Shown here one piece after another: positions 41,825 to 51,516 of a stretch of DNA of 64,000 nt. The DNA lies in contig CAXXWQ010000003.1 in assembly GCA_963674945.2 (NCBI GenBank), forward strand, positions 640,001 through 704,000. Direction: 5' to 3'. Both the position numbers and the translations under genes were made by a program. Under the pieces are notes generated by a model. The model was given only the letters and a program-made list of their open reading frames with translations, was not told where the DNA came from and searched no databases. The stretch's first letter is position 1. Each line of letters begins with the position of its first letter. The DNA comes from an uncultured Desulfosarcina sp. GTDB taxonomy: Bacteria; Desulfobacterota; Desulfobacteria; Desulfobacterales; Desulfosarcinaceae.

Positions 41825-42451
41825 CTATCGCCAAGAAGTTGGCCGAGCAAGCCTAAAACCATCAGCCTTTTTTACAATATCGGAAAATTGACTGTCCGCT
41901 ATTTTTTTCCGGCCTATTGTAAAGAAGGCATTTGCCGCCATTTGCAACTGCTTTGAATGCCTGTTGGGAGGAAAAGCAACAATAATTCGTTTGTTTGGAA
42001 AAAGGTCACGAACGGATTTAACGGGGCCGGTTAAATCACTGTCCCCTGATAATAATAATGCTGTATCGAATCGGTTATTAAATGCGTCAGTCATCAGTTC
42101 TATTGCAATATTCACGTCTGTCATTTTTTCTTCATGAGTTCGCCATGATGATCCGCAATTATGGCAAACGACTTTTTTAGACAGATAGTGGCCAAAATAA
42201 ATACTGCAATCGTGAAGTGTCTCAACGGCCTCGATATAGGCTGCCTGGCGTTTGCTTTTGTCTGGGTCTTGCTTATTTGATGAGACCCGGCTTGTAAAAT
42301 ATTTGGTATACGATAGGGTTTGATACTGTTTTAGAAGTGAGCGAGATAATTGTTGAATATTCAGCCAGTAATATCTGCGGTACCCCTTGCTTTTTAGACC
42401 AAAATAAAGGTTAAAGCCATCGATATAGGAGATCACGCGCTGCATTTCCAA
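41825..42451 (-). CDS. NYN-domain (LabA/DUF88 PIN-like) predicted ribonuclease
   Basis: YIDGFNLY, EKMTDVNIA, LLSGDSDL, VAFPP. Confidence 0.9.
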   Translation of the reverse strand: MEMQRVISYIDGFNLYFGLKSKGYRRYYWLNIQQLSRSLLKQYQTLSYTKYFTSRVSSNKQDPDKSKRQAAYIEAVETLHDCSIYFGHYLSKKVVCHNCGSSWRTHEEKMTDVNIAIELMTDAFNNRFDTALLLSGDSDLTGPVKSVRDLFPNKRIIVAFPPNRHSKQLQMAANAFFTIGRKKIADSQFSDIVKKADGFRLARPTSWR

Positions 42452-42517
42452 ACAAGCCTCATTCCGCCAACAAACTACTTGACTTCCGCCGGCTAATATT
42501 CATATATATTTTCAATA

Positions 42518-42576
42518 GCACCCTCAGTGAGAGCATCACTGGGCCGACGCTCCCGCAAGGGAGCGTTTCTTTTTTT
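42518..42576 (+). ncRNA. Candidate small structured RNA or leader upstream of the NYN gene
   Basis: Hairpin CAGTGA-gagca-TCACTG then hairpin ACGCTCCC-gcaa-GGGAGCGT plus T-run; TTGACT at 42479 upstream. Confidence 0.45.
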
Positions 42577-42592
42577 ACCATTATAAAAGCAA

Positions 42593-42621
42593 CTTGTATC
42601 TTAAATTGGTTTATCTGTCAA
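42593..42621 (-). promoter_or_regulatory. Putative sigma70 promoter for the NYN-mini-array-cas3 transcript
   Basis: TTGACA (42621-42616)-17 nt-TACAAG; a perfect TATAAT also at 42585-42580. Confidence 0.5.
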
Positions 42622-42631
42622 TAAAATACAG

Positions 42632-42648
42632 TTCAATATTACTATGAT
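42632..42648 (+). promoter_or_regulatory. PAM (TTC) plus partial protospacer of the mini-array spacer
   Basis: TTC-AATATTACTATGAT vs spacer AATATTACTATCAT: 13/14, single mismatch at position 12. Confidence 0.78.
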
Positions 42649-43309
42649 AAATAAGGCTTCCTTAATCCCAAGCCAATACCTCCGGCCCGCATACCATCGT
42701 GTAACAGGAACGACATCAGCGCCCAATGCTACAGGCGACATATTGACCCAGTTGAACATGAATTTTGAATTGTTATCGACACCAAACCCAAGTCGCCCCT
42801 GTTCTAATGAAGTTTGGCCGGTGAGTATAAAATTGTCTAAAAACTACGGATAAAGGAATTCCGCTCTAATCAACCTGCTTAATATACGTAGTCTCGAAAA
42901 AAAATATCAACTTCACAAGTGCCCGCACGTAAATCCTAAACAACCGTCACAATAATAAAAAGGATCGATGGAACAGTGGATCTGGAAATGAAGAAAAAAG
43001 AGAGAAATTCTTATAAAAAGCTTTTCCCCAATTTGACCATCGGGGAAAAAGGCAAAATGAGTTTTTTGTGTGACTGTTTGGCCATAATCGGCCTGAAAAA
43101 GCTTTTTAGCAAATGCCCACACATCAATCAAGCCTAATATTTCGGGAGGAAAGCAGGATGTATGGAAAAAGGATTCAGGGATTCGAGAATTCGTTGATTG
43201 ACCGGTGCTGTTCGAAATTCCGACAAGAACAGCATCACTGCGCAAGGATGCCGGCGGAACATTCCGATTTCTGCACCTGGGCGCCGACATTGGAAATCAT
43301 GTGATCTCC

Positions 43310-44287
43310 TCATTGAGGACTCTTGGTGCTACTCCTACCATCGCTCAACAGAGTTAGCGGATTCTTGTGAGATGTGAGCAGAATCAGGGATTCGTAATTC
43401 ACCACGCCAGGCATATTTCCCAAATCGCGGGTCATAAAATCGGTCATCTGATCTGAATTCTGAAAGGATGTCATGAACGCACAATTGAATGCCCCGACAG
43501 TAAGGGCCGCATACTTGACAGGCGAAAGAGACTGCAACGCTTCGGTCACGTTTTTCAGGATGGACGGATGGAATTGGACCAGCGTATATCCCCGAATGGC
43601 ATCCTCAGCGCTTGCCGGATCGGGGGTGGTGATCACGCGGATAACCCTCTGGGAGGTAATTCTGCGCAGACAGGAACGCACAGTCGGAATACTGGCACCA
43701 ATGTTGCCGGCAAGATCTTTTACGGGTATTCTGGGCGATTTTTCCAGTTCCCTGATTACGGCGAGATCCAGCTCACCGAGCTTGATGCGGAATCGCGAAG
43801 TGACAGCGGCACCATCGGAGGGAATCTGATCCATACTGCTCTTGATTATTTTCACCGACAACATCGTCTCTATCTTGACGTCTGCCGGGAGATTACCGAA
43901 ATCCTCCGCAAAAGCACCCAAATACTCATTGAGATTCTGATACATCGCCATCGCCAGAATATCATAGCGTCCTGCCGTCGCCCAAACGAACTTAACACTG
44001 TTGATGGCGGCAAGTTGCCTTGCCAGAGAATGCACCGCCCAGGGAAAGGTGTTGACCGCCAGAATAATTCGCGTCTCGTATCCCAATGCCGCATAATACG
44101 GTTTCACGGTAATTGAGATGACGTCTCGTTCGATGAGCCTGTTAAATCGCCTGTTAACCGTCGATGGGGATGTGCCCAGTCTGGAAGCGAGTGTCGCATA
44201 GCTGGCACGAGCGTCCTTTTCCAACTCTCGAATGAGCATCAGATCCAATTCATCAAGGTTCGGAAGGTTGTTTTGCATGCTTTTCAT
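43310..44287 (-). CDS. Lrp/AsnC-family regulator with two tandem AsnC units
   Basis: LDELDLMLIRELEKDAR and LGELDLAVIRELEKSPR HTH starts, each followed by a RAM domain. Confidence 0.88.
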   Translation of the reverse strand: MKSMQNNLPNLDELDLMLIRELEKDARASYATLASRLGTSPSTVNRRFNRLIERDVISITVKPYYAALGYETRIILAVNTFPWAVHSLARQLAAINSVKFVWATAGRYDILAMAMYQNLNEYLGAFAEDFGNLPADVKIETMLSVKIIKSSMDQIPSDGAAVTSRFRIKLGELDLAVIRELEKSPRIPVKDLAGNIGASIPTVRSCLRRITSQRVIRVITTPDPASAEDAIRGYTLVQFHPSILKNVTEALQSLSPVKYAALTVGAFNCAFMTSFQNSDQMTDFMTRDLGNMPGVVNYESLILLTSHKNPLTLLSDGRSSTKSPQ

Positions 44288-44747
44288 AAATTTACATCGT
44301 GTGAATCTATTTTGCGCTGCTTGTACCATATGTCCCGCCGGCTGCGCAACTCAGTTACATTCGACTCGAGCAAACCACTTCCCTCACCATTGAAAAATCA
44401 ATGAATGATTTTTGATGAGACCGCGTTTTCGCATATCCTGCGCGAACAAACATGTTTGTTACCATACCATTTTCACGAAATGCTAACGATACCAGATGTA
44501 ATATGGCATTTCGGAAAAATCATAGCCGACATCGCGACCGATTTTATCTTTTTATCGATTTTTTTTCTTTATTAATCATATTTATTTTGTATTTACGGTT
44601 GATAATGAAATTTTAACATGGTATATTTTTTTACGAATCATGAATAGAGGATGGAATGTCACATGCATTGCCGCAAAGGACGGTTCATCACCCTGGCACC
44701 GCCTCGGTAAATGCTTTGTACCGGCTGCTATTGCCCAGAAAGGAGAT

Positions 44748-45602
44748 ATGATGCGTTTTCATCGATACGTCAGATATTTTTTCGTTTTCTTGTCGATTTG
44801 CCTGTTTTTATTTTCCTGTGACAGTGGAGGCGGAAAGGTAGGCTATTTAGAGTACGAAAACCATATTGCCTTGGAAGGTGAGGACAATATGAGAGACTTG
44901 GGAGGTTACTTTGGTGAATCAGGCCGAAGAGTGTTATACCGCAAATTGTTCCGTTCCGGCGAACTCTTTGAATTAACACCAGCGGATTTGGAAGAACTGG
45001 CCACGCTTGATTTGTTTAATGTAATCGATCTGCGCACGGATGAAGAGTTCGATGATGAACCAGATCAATTACCAGAAGGTCCCGTTCTTCACCACTTGCC
45101 GTTATTGGAAAACTTGGATTATGGGGATATTAAACGAGAGGAATTATCCTCGAAAATCTTCGCCGGGGAACTGGATGCTGAAGAGTACATGATTGCAATT
45201 TATTCAACCATCGATGAACTGAGAATTCAAAGCTGGACAGCAATTTTTGACCTGCTGGAAACCGGAGATACAACACTCTGGCATTGCACGGAAGGGAAAG
45301 ATCGTGCAGGCATGACAACTGCTTTGGTGCTGCTTTCCCTGGGTGTCGATGAAACTGATGTGATCGAAGATTTCATGCTGTCGAATGAGTATCTGTCTGA
45401 ATCTATCGAATCTACTGTCGCGCTCATCGATCAGCATAGAGGAGAAGGAATGGGCGAACTGCTACGACCACTGTTGAGTGTTAAAGAAGAATACATTATT
45501 GCATTTTTCGATGCCATCGAGGATCAATACGGCAGTATCGACGCGTTTTTAGCTGAGCTGGATGTAGACATCGATGCCATGCGTATAAACTTTCTCGAAT
45601 AA
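44748..45602 (+). CDS. Tyrosine-protein phosphatase family lipoprotein
   Basis: NMRDLGGY, LFRSG, IDLR, HCTEGKDRAG; LFSC lipobox. Confidence 0.88.
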   Translation: MMRFHRYVRYFFVFLSICLFLFSCDSGGGKVGYLEYENHIALEGEDNMRDLGGYFGESGRRVLYRKLFRSGELFELTPADLEELATLDLFNVIDLRTDEEFDDEPDQLPEGPVLHHLPLLENLDYGDIKREELSSKIFAGELDAEEYMIAIYSTIDELRIQSWTAIFDLLETGDTTLWHCTEGKDRAGMTTALVLLSLGVDETDVIEDFMLSNEYLSESIESTVALIDQHRGEGMGELLRPLLSVKEEYIIAFFDAIEDQYGSIDAFLAELDVDIDAMRINFLE

Positions 45603-46010
45603 TTATAACAACATATATCTTCCGAATGTGCTAAGGAAAGTGTTATTTCATCATTTCTTCGGTCCTGATTCGGTTGATAAAAAATGCCTTGACGAACTAT
45701 TTCCATCACAATGGAAGCTACGGGTGTGAAAAGGGGAAAACAGCGAAATCGCCGTTTTCCCCTTTTCGTAAACAACGCGACAAAAATCGGTTGACCTCTA
45801 CCCGATGCGATTTCACATGTCTTTGGTCAAAAAAAGATGTTTGCTCTAACAAGCTGAATCATATAAGAAAATAGTACTTTGGAGATAAAAGGTGCCGAAG
45901 GAAGGATTCTTGGCGCTCTTTTTGCTAATTATTTGGCGCGACCGGAGATGCATATCGCTCTCTTTTGTTTTGCGTTGAACGGTTCACGGTGTTATCGTTT
46001 ACACGTTGAT

Positions 46011-47405
46011 ATGAATGAAACTACGATAAAAACAGCATGCTTCGCAAGCATCATTTTCGCAGCCCTTTTTATCCTTGCGTGCGACAAACCCCTTGTTCGC
46101 AATGATCTGGAAGCGATCAAGGCTCGCGGAGAGCTGGTTTTGATCACCCGGAACAATTTTGCCTGTTATTATGAGGCATCCCATGGCCATGCCGGTTTTG
46201 AATATGAACTGGCCAGGGCATTTGCCGATCATCTGGGCGTCAGGCTGCGCCCCCTCATTATTGAAGATGAAGCGGACATGGTGGAGGCGCTGCTCCAGGG
46301 AAAAGCCGATATTATCGCGGCGGGTTTTCCCTTCGGATCCCCGTCAACGCGTTTGTTGGCGTTCGGCCCCGGCTATCTGCCGGTTAGAGAACAGGTGGTC
46401 GGTCGCAGGGGTGGCCCGGAAGTCACGTCAGAGAAAGATCTGTCTCAGATGCCGATATGGCTGTCCGGCAACAGCGGCAGCCTGGAACAGCTCAGAAAAT
46501 TGAAAACCAACCATCCTGCCCTCACCTGGCACACACTGGCTGAATACAGTAGCGAAGAGATGCTGCACATGGTCTGGACCAACGCCATACCATTTACGAT
46601 TGTCGAATCAACGGCATTTATCATGAACCGGCGCTTCTATCCGGAATTGGTTGTTCAAATGGATTTGGGAGATTCCCGGCAATTGCGGTGGGCGATGAAC
46701 CCCCAAAGCAGGCAACTGCATCGTGAGGTCGCCAAATGGTTTGCCAACAGATCGGCCCAAGACGTTGTGGCCAACCTTTCGAGCCATTACTACAGCCACC
46801 TGGAAGACTTTGACTACGTGGATATCGCCCGCTATCGACGGCGCATATTCAACCGCCTGCCCAAGTACAAGGAACACTTTCAGGAAGCCGCCAGACAATT
46901 CGGCCTCGACTGGCAGCTGGTAGCCGCGCAGGCCTATCAGGAATCCCATTGGAATCCGAGAGCAAAAAGCTTCACCGGCGTAAGGGGCATCATGATGCTC
47001 ACCCAGGAGACGGCGAAACTTGTGGGCTTAAAAAATCGTCTGGCGGAAAAGGAAGGTATCTATGCCGGCACGAAATATCTGGCCCGGCTGCATGGCATGC
47101 TGAATCAAACGATTCCGGAACCCGATCGCACGTTGATGGCGCTGGCTGCCTACAATCTCGGTCCCGGACATCTCCAGGATGCACGTGAGTTGGCCCGCCG
47201 CCTGGGCAAATCCCCCAATGCCTGGGGCAGTGTCCGGGAAGTACTTCCCCTGCTCCAGCAAAAAAAGTACTACAAAACCGTAAAGCACGGATACGCCCGC
47301 GGCAAAGAGGCCGTGCAATATGTCGATCGCATCCGCACCTACCATAAAGTCCTGCACATGGCTTTTTCCCCCACAAGCTTCGTAAGGCTCGGGGCCAACT
47401 CATGA
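46011..47405 (+). CDS. mltF: Membrane-bound lytic murein transglycosylase F
   Basis: SBP domain (GFEYELA) plus SLT domain YQESHW, GVRGIMMLT, AAYNLG, YARG. Confidence 0.93.
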   Translation: MNETTIKTACFASIIFAALFILACDKPLVRNDLEAIKARGELVLITRNNFACYYEASHGHAGFEYELARAFADHLGVRLRPLIIEDEADMVEALLQGKADIIAAGFPFGSPSTRLLAFGPGYLPVREQVVGRRGGPEVTSEKDLSQMPIWLSGNSGSLEQLRKLKTNHPALTWHTLAEYSSEEMLHMVWTNAIPFTIVESTAFIMNRRFYPELVVQMDLGDSRQLRWAMNPQSRQLHREVAKWFANRSAQDVVANLSSHYYSHLEDFDYVDIARYRRRIFNRLPKYKEHFQEAARQFGLDWQLVAAQAYQESHWNPRAKSFTGVRGIMMLTQETAKLVGLKNRLAEKEGIYAGTKYLARLHGMLNQTIPEPDRTLMALAAYNLGPGHLQDARELARRLGKSPNAWGSVREVLPLLQQKKYYKTVKHGYARGKEAVQYVDRIRTYHKVLHMAFSPTSFVRLGANS

Positions 47406-47430
47406 TACACTGTCTTTGGTAGAACCTATC

Positions 47431-47575
47431 TAGTGTCTATCCAGAAATAGGCAAATTTGGTCGAGATCAAGGCGCACGAAAAATTTTACCGCAGGCATAT
47501 GGTTGATATTCCGAGGATAAGATTTTTCGTGCAACGCGGGTATCGGGCAAATTGGCCATTTCTGGATGGGTACTA
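47431..47575. repeat. 145-bp palindromic MITE/REP-like element
   Basis: Ends TAGTGTCTATCCAGAAATAGGCAAATTTG...CAAATTGGCCATTTCTGGATGGGTACTA; right arm recurs at 5313-5335 (22/23). Confidence 0.75.
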
Positions 47576-47611
47576 TCTAAAAATTCAAAGGGGGAAATCT
47601 ATATCATCGTA

Positions 47612-48574
47612 TTAATGGTTCTGCAGGTAGATCTTCGCATCCCGCGCGGAGATCGGCATTGATATTGATTTGGGATAGAAAATGATTTCACTGCTCCGAA
47701 TGCTGTGAATCGTTTCCAGTTCGTTGATGAGAAAGTCCGACATCTCTTCCGCGTCTTTGAATGTGGCGAATACCAGCAGATCGTATCTGCCTGAAATGGC
47801 CATAGCGGTGTTGACCAGCTTATAAGCCGCTATCCTCTCGGATACTGTCAGGATGGTTCCGGGTTCAACTTTCAGAAATATTCCTATGCTTAACTGATTT
47901 CCAATCATGGCATGAGAAACAACGCAGTGAATTCTGACGACATCTTCATCAAGCAACCTCTGCAATCTGATAGTGGCAGTTTGTCTGGTAATGCCGAGTT
48001 TGGTGGCAAGATGGGATATTGCTATTCTGGGGTTATTCTCAAGATAGGTAAGTAAATTCCAGTCATGCTCATCAAGCTGTCGATACACTTTTGATGAGAT
48101 TGGTTTATACTCGGCGTCTCCAAGGAGGTTGAAGGAATATTTCATCACTTTCATGTTCGGGAAAACTTCAATGTTTGTGATGCGGGAGATCTTTCCCAAA
48201 TCGATGGAGACCAATTTAAAAAGCATTTCCGGATCGTTGTAGGCAGTCCACGCCAGAATATCAAATCGCCCCGAAGTTATCGACACAAACATCAATTCAT
48301 AATTGGCCAGTTCGTAAGCCACGGATTTGGCATATCCCTTAGATACATTCAGGCCGAGCATTGCCGATTGGAAACCGACCGAGGCAAGGTTGAGAGCACT
48401 ATAAAAGGAGATGGTGCCTTCATCCAGCAACCGGTTCATTCTCCTTTTGACGGTGGATTGATCGATTCCCAATCTGTCAGCCAGATAGGCATATTTTTCT
48501 CTGGGACTGTTCTCCAACTCCGAAATTAATTTTAAATCCGTGGCGTCCAGATCGCCCTTTTTTTTTCGTGACAT
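47612..48574 (-). CDS. Lrp/AsnC-family regulator with two tandem AsnC units, divergent from the GRE operon
   Basis: LDATDLKLISELENSPR and LDEHDWNLLTYLENNPR; GRFD/GRYD RAM motifs. Confidence 0.88.
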   Translation of the reverse strand: MSRKKKGDLDATDLKLISELENSPREKYAYLADRLGIDQSTVKRRMNRLLDEGTISFYSALNLASVGFQSAMLGLNVSKGYAKSVAYELANYELMFVSITSGRFDILAWTAYNDPEMLFKLVSIDLGKISRITNIEVFPNMKVMKYSFNLLGDAEYKPISSKVYRQLDEHDWNLLTYLENNPRIAISHLATKLGITRQTATIRLQRLLDEDVVRIHCVVSHAMIGNQLSIGIFLKVEPGTILTVSERIAAYKLVNTAMAISGRYDLLVFATFKDAEEMSDFLINELETIHSIRSSEIIFYPKSISMPISARDAKIYLQNH

Positions 48575-49024
48575 GTTTCTCCATACCCCAGAATTTCGTT
48601 AAGGGCAACAATGACGGATTCGCAAAAAGCGTTTCCAGGCCAAGTATGGCCGGGCAACTTCGTGTCAAGGAACTCATCTTACCAATTATTGCCGATTCCC
48701 TGAAAGGGGAAAAGCGTTTTTATTTCAAAGTCTTTTATTGCACGGTTCTTTCCTAGTCAAAAATCGGAATTTCGCTCTTAATGACATAAATAATTTAAAT
48801 CACAGAAAATGCAATAATCGGACTGTTTCAAAGTACGCCATATTTAACACATCAAGCATTTTAAATAAAAAATTAGCTTGATAAAGCAAATTATGACATT
48901 TAATTTTTTACATTAAAATATATAATAACCAAAAAAATGCCTTGACAAAAATATTCTACGGGCCGATTATAAGGACAACAATGTTCATAATTTTCCTTTA
49001 CATCTTCTTTGCGGAGGTTTCATT

Positions 49025-51499
49025 ATGGCTACGGAACTCAAAGTAATAAGGCAGACACCGAGCCCGCGCATGCCCCAACCGACAGCGAAAAAAGGGGGCC
49101 CGAGCACGCCACGGATGCAACGGCTGAAGCAGGCCTTCAGGGAAGCGAAACCCACGATTTGCGCTGAGCGTACTGCGCTGGTTACCGCGTCTTACAAAGA
49201 GACCGAGGCATTGCCGCCGATACTGCGACAGGCCATGGCCTTTGAAAAGGTGATGGACGAGATGCCGATCTGGATACAGGATGACGAACTCATCGTATCC
49301 AACCTGGCCTCCAAACCGGGAGGCGCCTTCCTTTTTCCGGAGTACGATGATGCGTGGATCATGCCGGAACTGGACACCATCTCGACACGGAGAGTTGATC
49401 CTTGGAAACTGCAAGAGGATGACAAAGAGATCATCAGAAGTTGTCGGGAGTACTGGAGCGGCGGCGGCGGACGAACCCTGTCAGCCAAGGCCGAAGCCCT
49501 GGTCACGGACGAGGTGCGCAAAGCCATAGAGATTCGCACCCTGTTTAATGGCCCCCTGGGGAAGATGTGTGGTGTCGGCCACATAGCGCCGGATATCGAC
49601 GGCGTCATCAAGCGGGGGCTCAATGCCTTCATTGCCGAGGCCGAAGCCCATATCGCCCGATTGGATCTTACGAAGCCGGAAGATATCGCCAAGCTGCCGT
49701 TTTTAAAAGCCGTCATCATCGTGGACAAAGCCGTGATTCGATGGGCCGGCAGATTCGCGGCACTTGCCAGAGAGAAAGCCGCGGTCGAGAAAGATGAAAC
49801 CCGAAAAAAGGAATGGGAAGAAATCGCCGCCGTATGCGAACGGGTTCCGGCCAACCCGTCGCGGAATTTTCGCGAGGCGGTGCAGGTCGCCTCATTCATC
49901 ATGGCAGCGGTACAGATTGAGCAGCCCGGTGTCTCAATCAGCACCGGCAGGCTGGATCAGTACTTCTTCCCGTATTACGAGAAGGATATCGAAGCCGGGA
50001 CGATCACGAAAGACCAGGCGCTGGAGATGCTGGAATGTCTCTGGATCAAACTGTCGGAGTCCAAGCGTGTGAGTCCGGAAATGGGCACGTTCGCCCTGAA
50101 CGGGTATCCCATCTGGATGGCCGTGACCGTGGGCGGTCAAACGGCGGACGGCTACGATGCCACCAACGATGTCTCCTATCTGTTCCTTAAGGCCTCCAGC
50201 AATCTGCAGTTACACGAACCCATGCTGATATCACGGATACACAAGCGCACTCCGGACAGGTTTTTAATGGCCTCCTGCGAGTCAATCAAGGCCCATGGCG
50301 GGGGGCTTCCCGCTTTGTTTAACGACGACCCCATCATCGCGAGCCAACTGATCCACGTGCCGGGCATCACCAAGGAGGACGCGAACGATTACAGTATTAT
50401 CGGTTGCTCGGATGTCGTATGCGCAGGAAAGGGCACCGAGGGACTGCCCTACCAGATTATAAGCTTGCCACGGGTGCTGGAGCGCATGATGACGGGAGAG
50501 GACCCCGGCAGTGGGAAGCCGCTGACGTCGGGTGTGGGAGACATGCTCACGTGGGAAGGCTTCGATGATATGATGCGAGCATACCACGAACATGTGAAAA
50601 TATGGGCCAGGCTGTCGTTCATGCAGGTGCTTCCGCTGCTGGAATTACATGGGAAGCATTTGCCCTGTCCCCTGATGTCTTCGCTGATGCAGGACTGTAT
50701 CGGCCGCGGCAAGGCCTTCTACGACGGCGGCGCGATCTATGGGAGCCATGCTGTCGTCAGTTGCCTCGTCGGGGTCGCCACCCTGGCCAACTCCATGGCC
50801 GCGATTCGGAAGCTCGTTTTCGACGATAAGATTCTTACCATGTCCCAGCTCAAGCATGCGATTGAGACGAATTTCGACGACGAGTCAACGACGCCCAGCG
50901 GTCCGGCAATACGGGGGATGTGCCGTAAAGCACCGAAGTATGGCAACGATGATCCATATGTGGATCACATCGCCAAAGACTGTTTAAACATCATCACAAA
51001 GGAAATGTGGAAATTCGAAACCGAACCCGGTCTGGGCTACGGCGCTGTCGTTTCACCGGTAACGGCCCATATCTCCCTGGGTTTCCTCTCTGGTGCTACC
51101 CCGGATGGGCGCAAAGCGATGACACCACTTTCCGATGCAACCTCCCCTGCCCAAGGCACAGATCTGAACGGACCCACTGCCGCGATAAAATCGGCAACCA
51201 ACCTGGAGTATGTAAATTTATCCCAGGGGGCCGTTTATAACATGCGCATGCACCCGGCATCGCTGCAGAGCACGGCGGGAATGGCAAAATGGGGCAATCT
51301 TATCCGCACTTTCTTCGACCTTGGCGGTTGGCAGGCCCAATTCAACGTGGTCGACGCCGAAGTATTGAAAGAGGCACAACAGCATCCTGATGACTACAAA
51401 GATCTCGTGGTGCGCGTGGTTGGCTACAGCGCATTTTTCGTGGATCTGGACAAGATGGTGCAGGATGATCTTATCAGCAGGACGGAACACGCGGTATAG
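49025..51499 (+). CDS. Glycyl radical enzyme (PFL2/dehydratase-like), substrate unknown
   Basis: 824 aa; GRLDQY, IIGCSD Cys loop, PKYGND, ATPDGR, QFNV, LVVRVVGYS Gly loop. Confidence 0.92.
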   Translation: MATELKVIRQTPSPRMPQPTAKKGGPSTPRMQRLKQAFREAKPTICAERTALVTASYKETEALPPILRQAMAFEKVMDEMPIWIQDDELIVSNLASKPGGAFLFPEYDDAWIMPELDTISTRRVDPWKLQEDDKEIIRSCREYWSGGGGRTLSAKAEALVTDEVRKAIEIRTLFNGPLGKMCGVGHIAPDIDGVIKRGLNAFIAEAEAHIARLDLTKPEDIAKLPFLKAVIIVDKAVIRWAGRFAALAREKAAVEKDETRKKEWEEIAAVCERVPANPSRNFREAVQVASFIMAAVQIEQPGVSISTGRLDQYFFPYYEKDIEAGTITKDQALEMLECLWIKLSESKRVSPEMGTFALNGYPIWMAVTVGGQTADGYDATNDVSYLFLKASSNLQLHEPMLISRIHKRTPDRFLMASCESIKAHGGGLPALFNDDPIIASQLIHVPGITKEDANDYSIIGCSDVVCAGKGTEGLPYQIISLPRVLERMMTGEDPGSGKPLTSGVGDMLTWEGFDDMMRAYHEHVKIWARLSFMQVLPLLELHGKHLPCPLMSSLMQDCIGRGKAFYDGGAIYGSHAVVSCLVGVATLANSMAAIRKLVFDDKILTMSQLKHAIETNFDDESTTPSGPAIRGMCRKAPKYGNDDPYVDHIAKDCLNIITKEMWKFETEPGLGYGAVVSPVTAHISLGFLSGATPDGRKAMTPLSDATSPAQGTDLNGPTAAIKSATNLEYVNLSQGAVYNMRMHPASLQSTAGMAKWGNLIRTFFDLGGWQAQFNVVDAEVLKEAQQHPDDYKDLVVRVVGYSAFFVDLDKMVQDDLISRTEHAV

Positions 51500-51516
51500 T
51501 GCGGCGGGAGTGACAG

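Noticed and set aside
42511..42524. Second possible mini-array target (TTC-AATA) and an AGCACCCT similarity to degenerate repeat 2
   Set aside because: Only 4-8 nt of identity, expected by chance
42644..43304. Short ORFs between the NYN promoter region and the AsnC gene
   Set aside because: No motifs or convincing RBS; may be decayed sequence, cannot be supported
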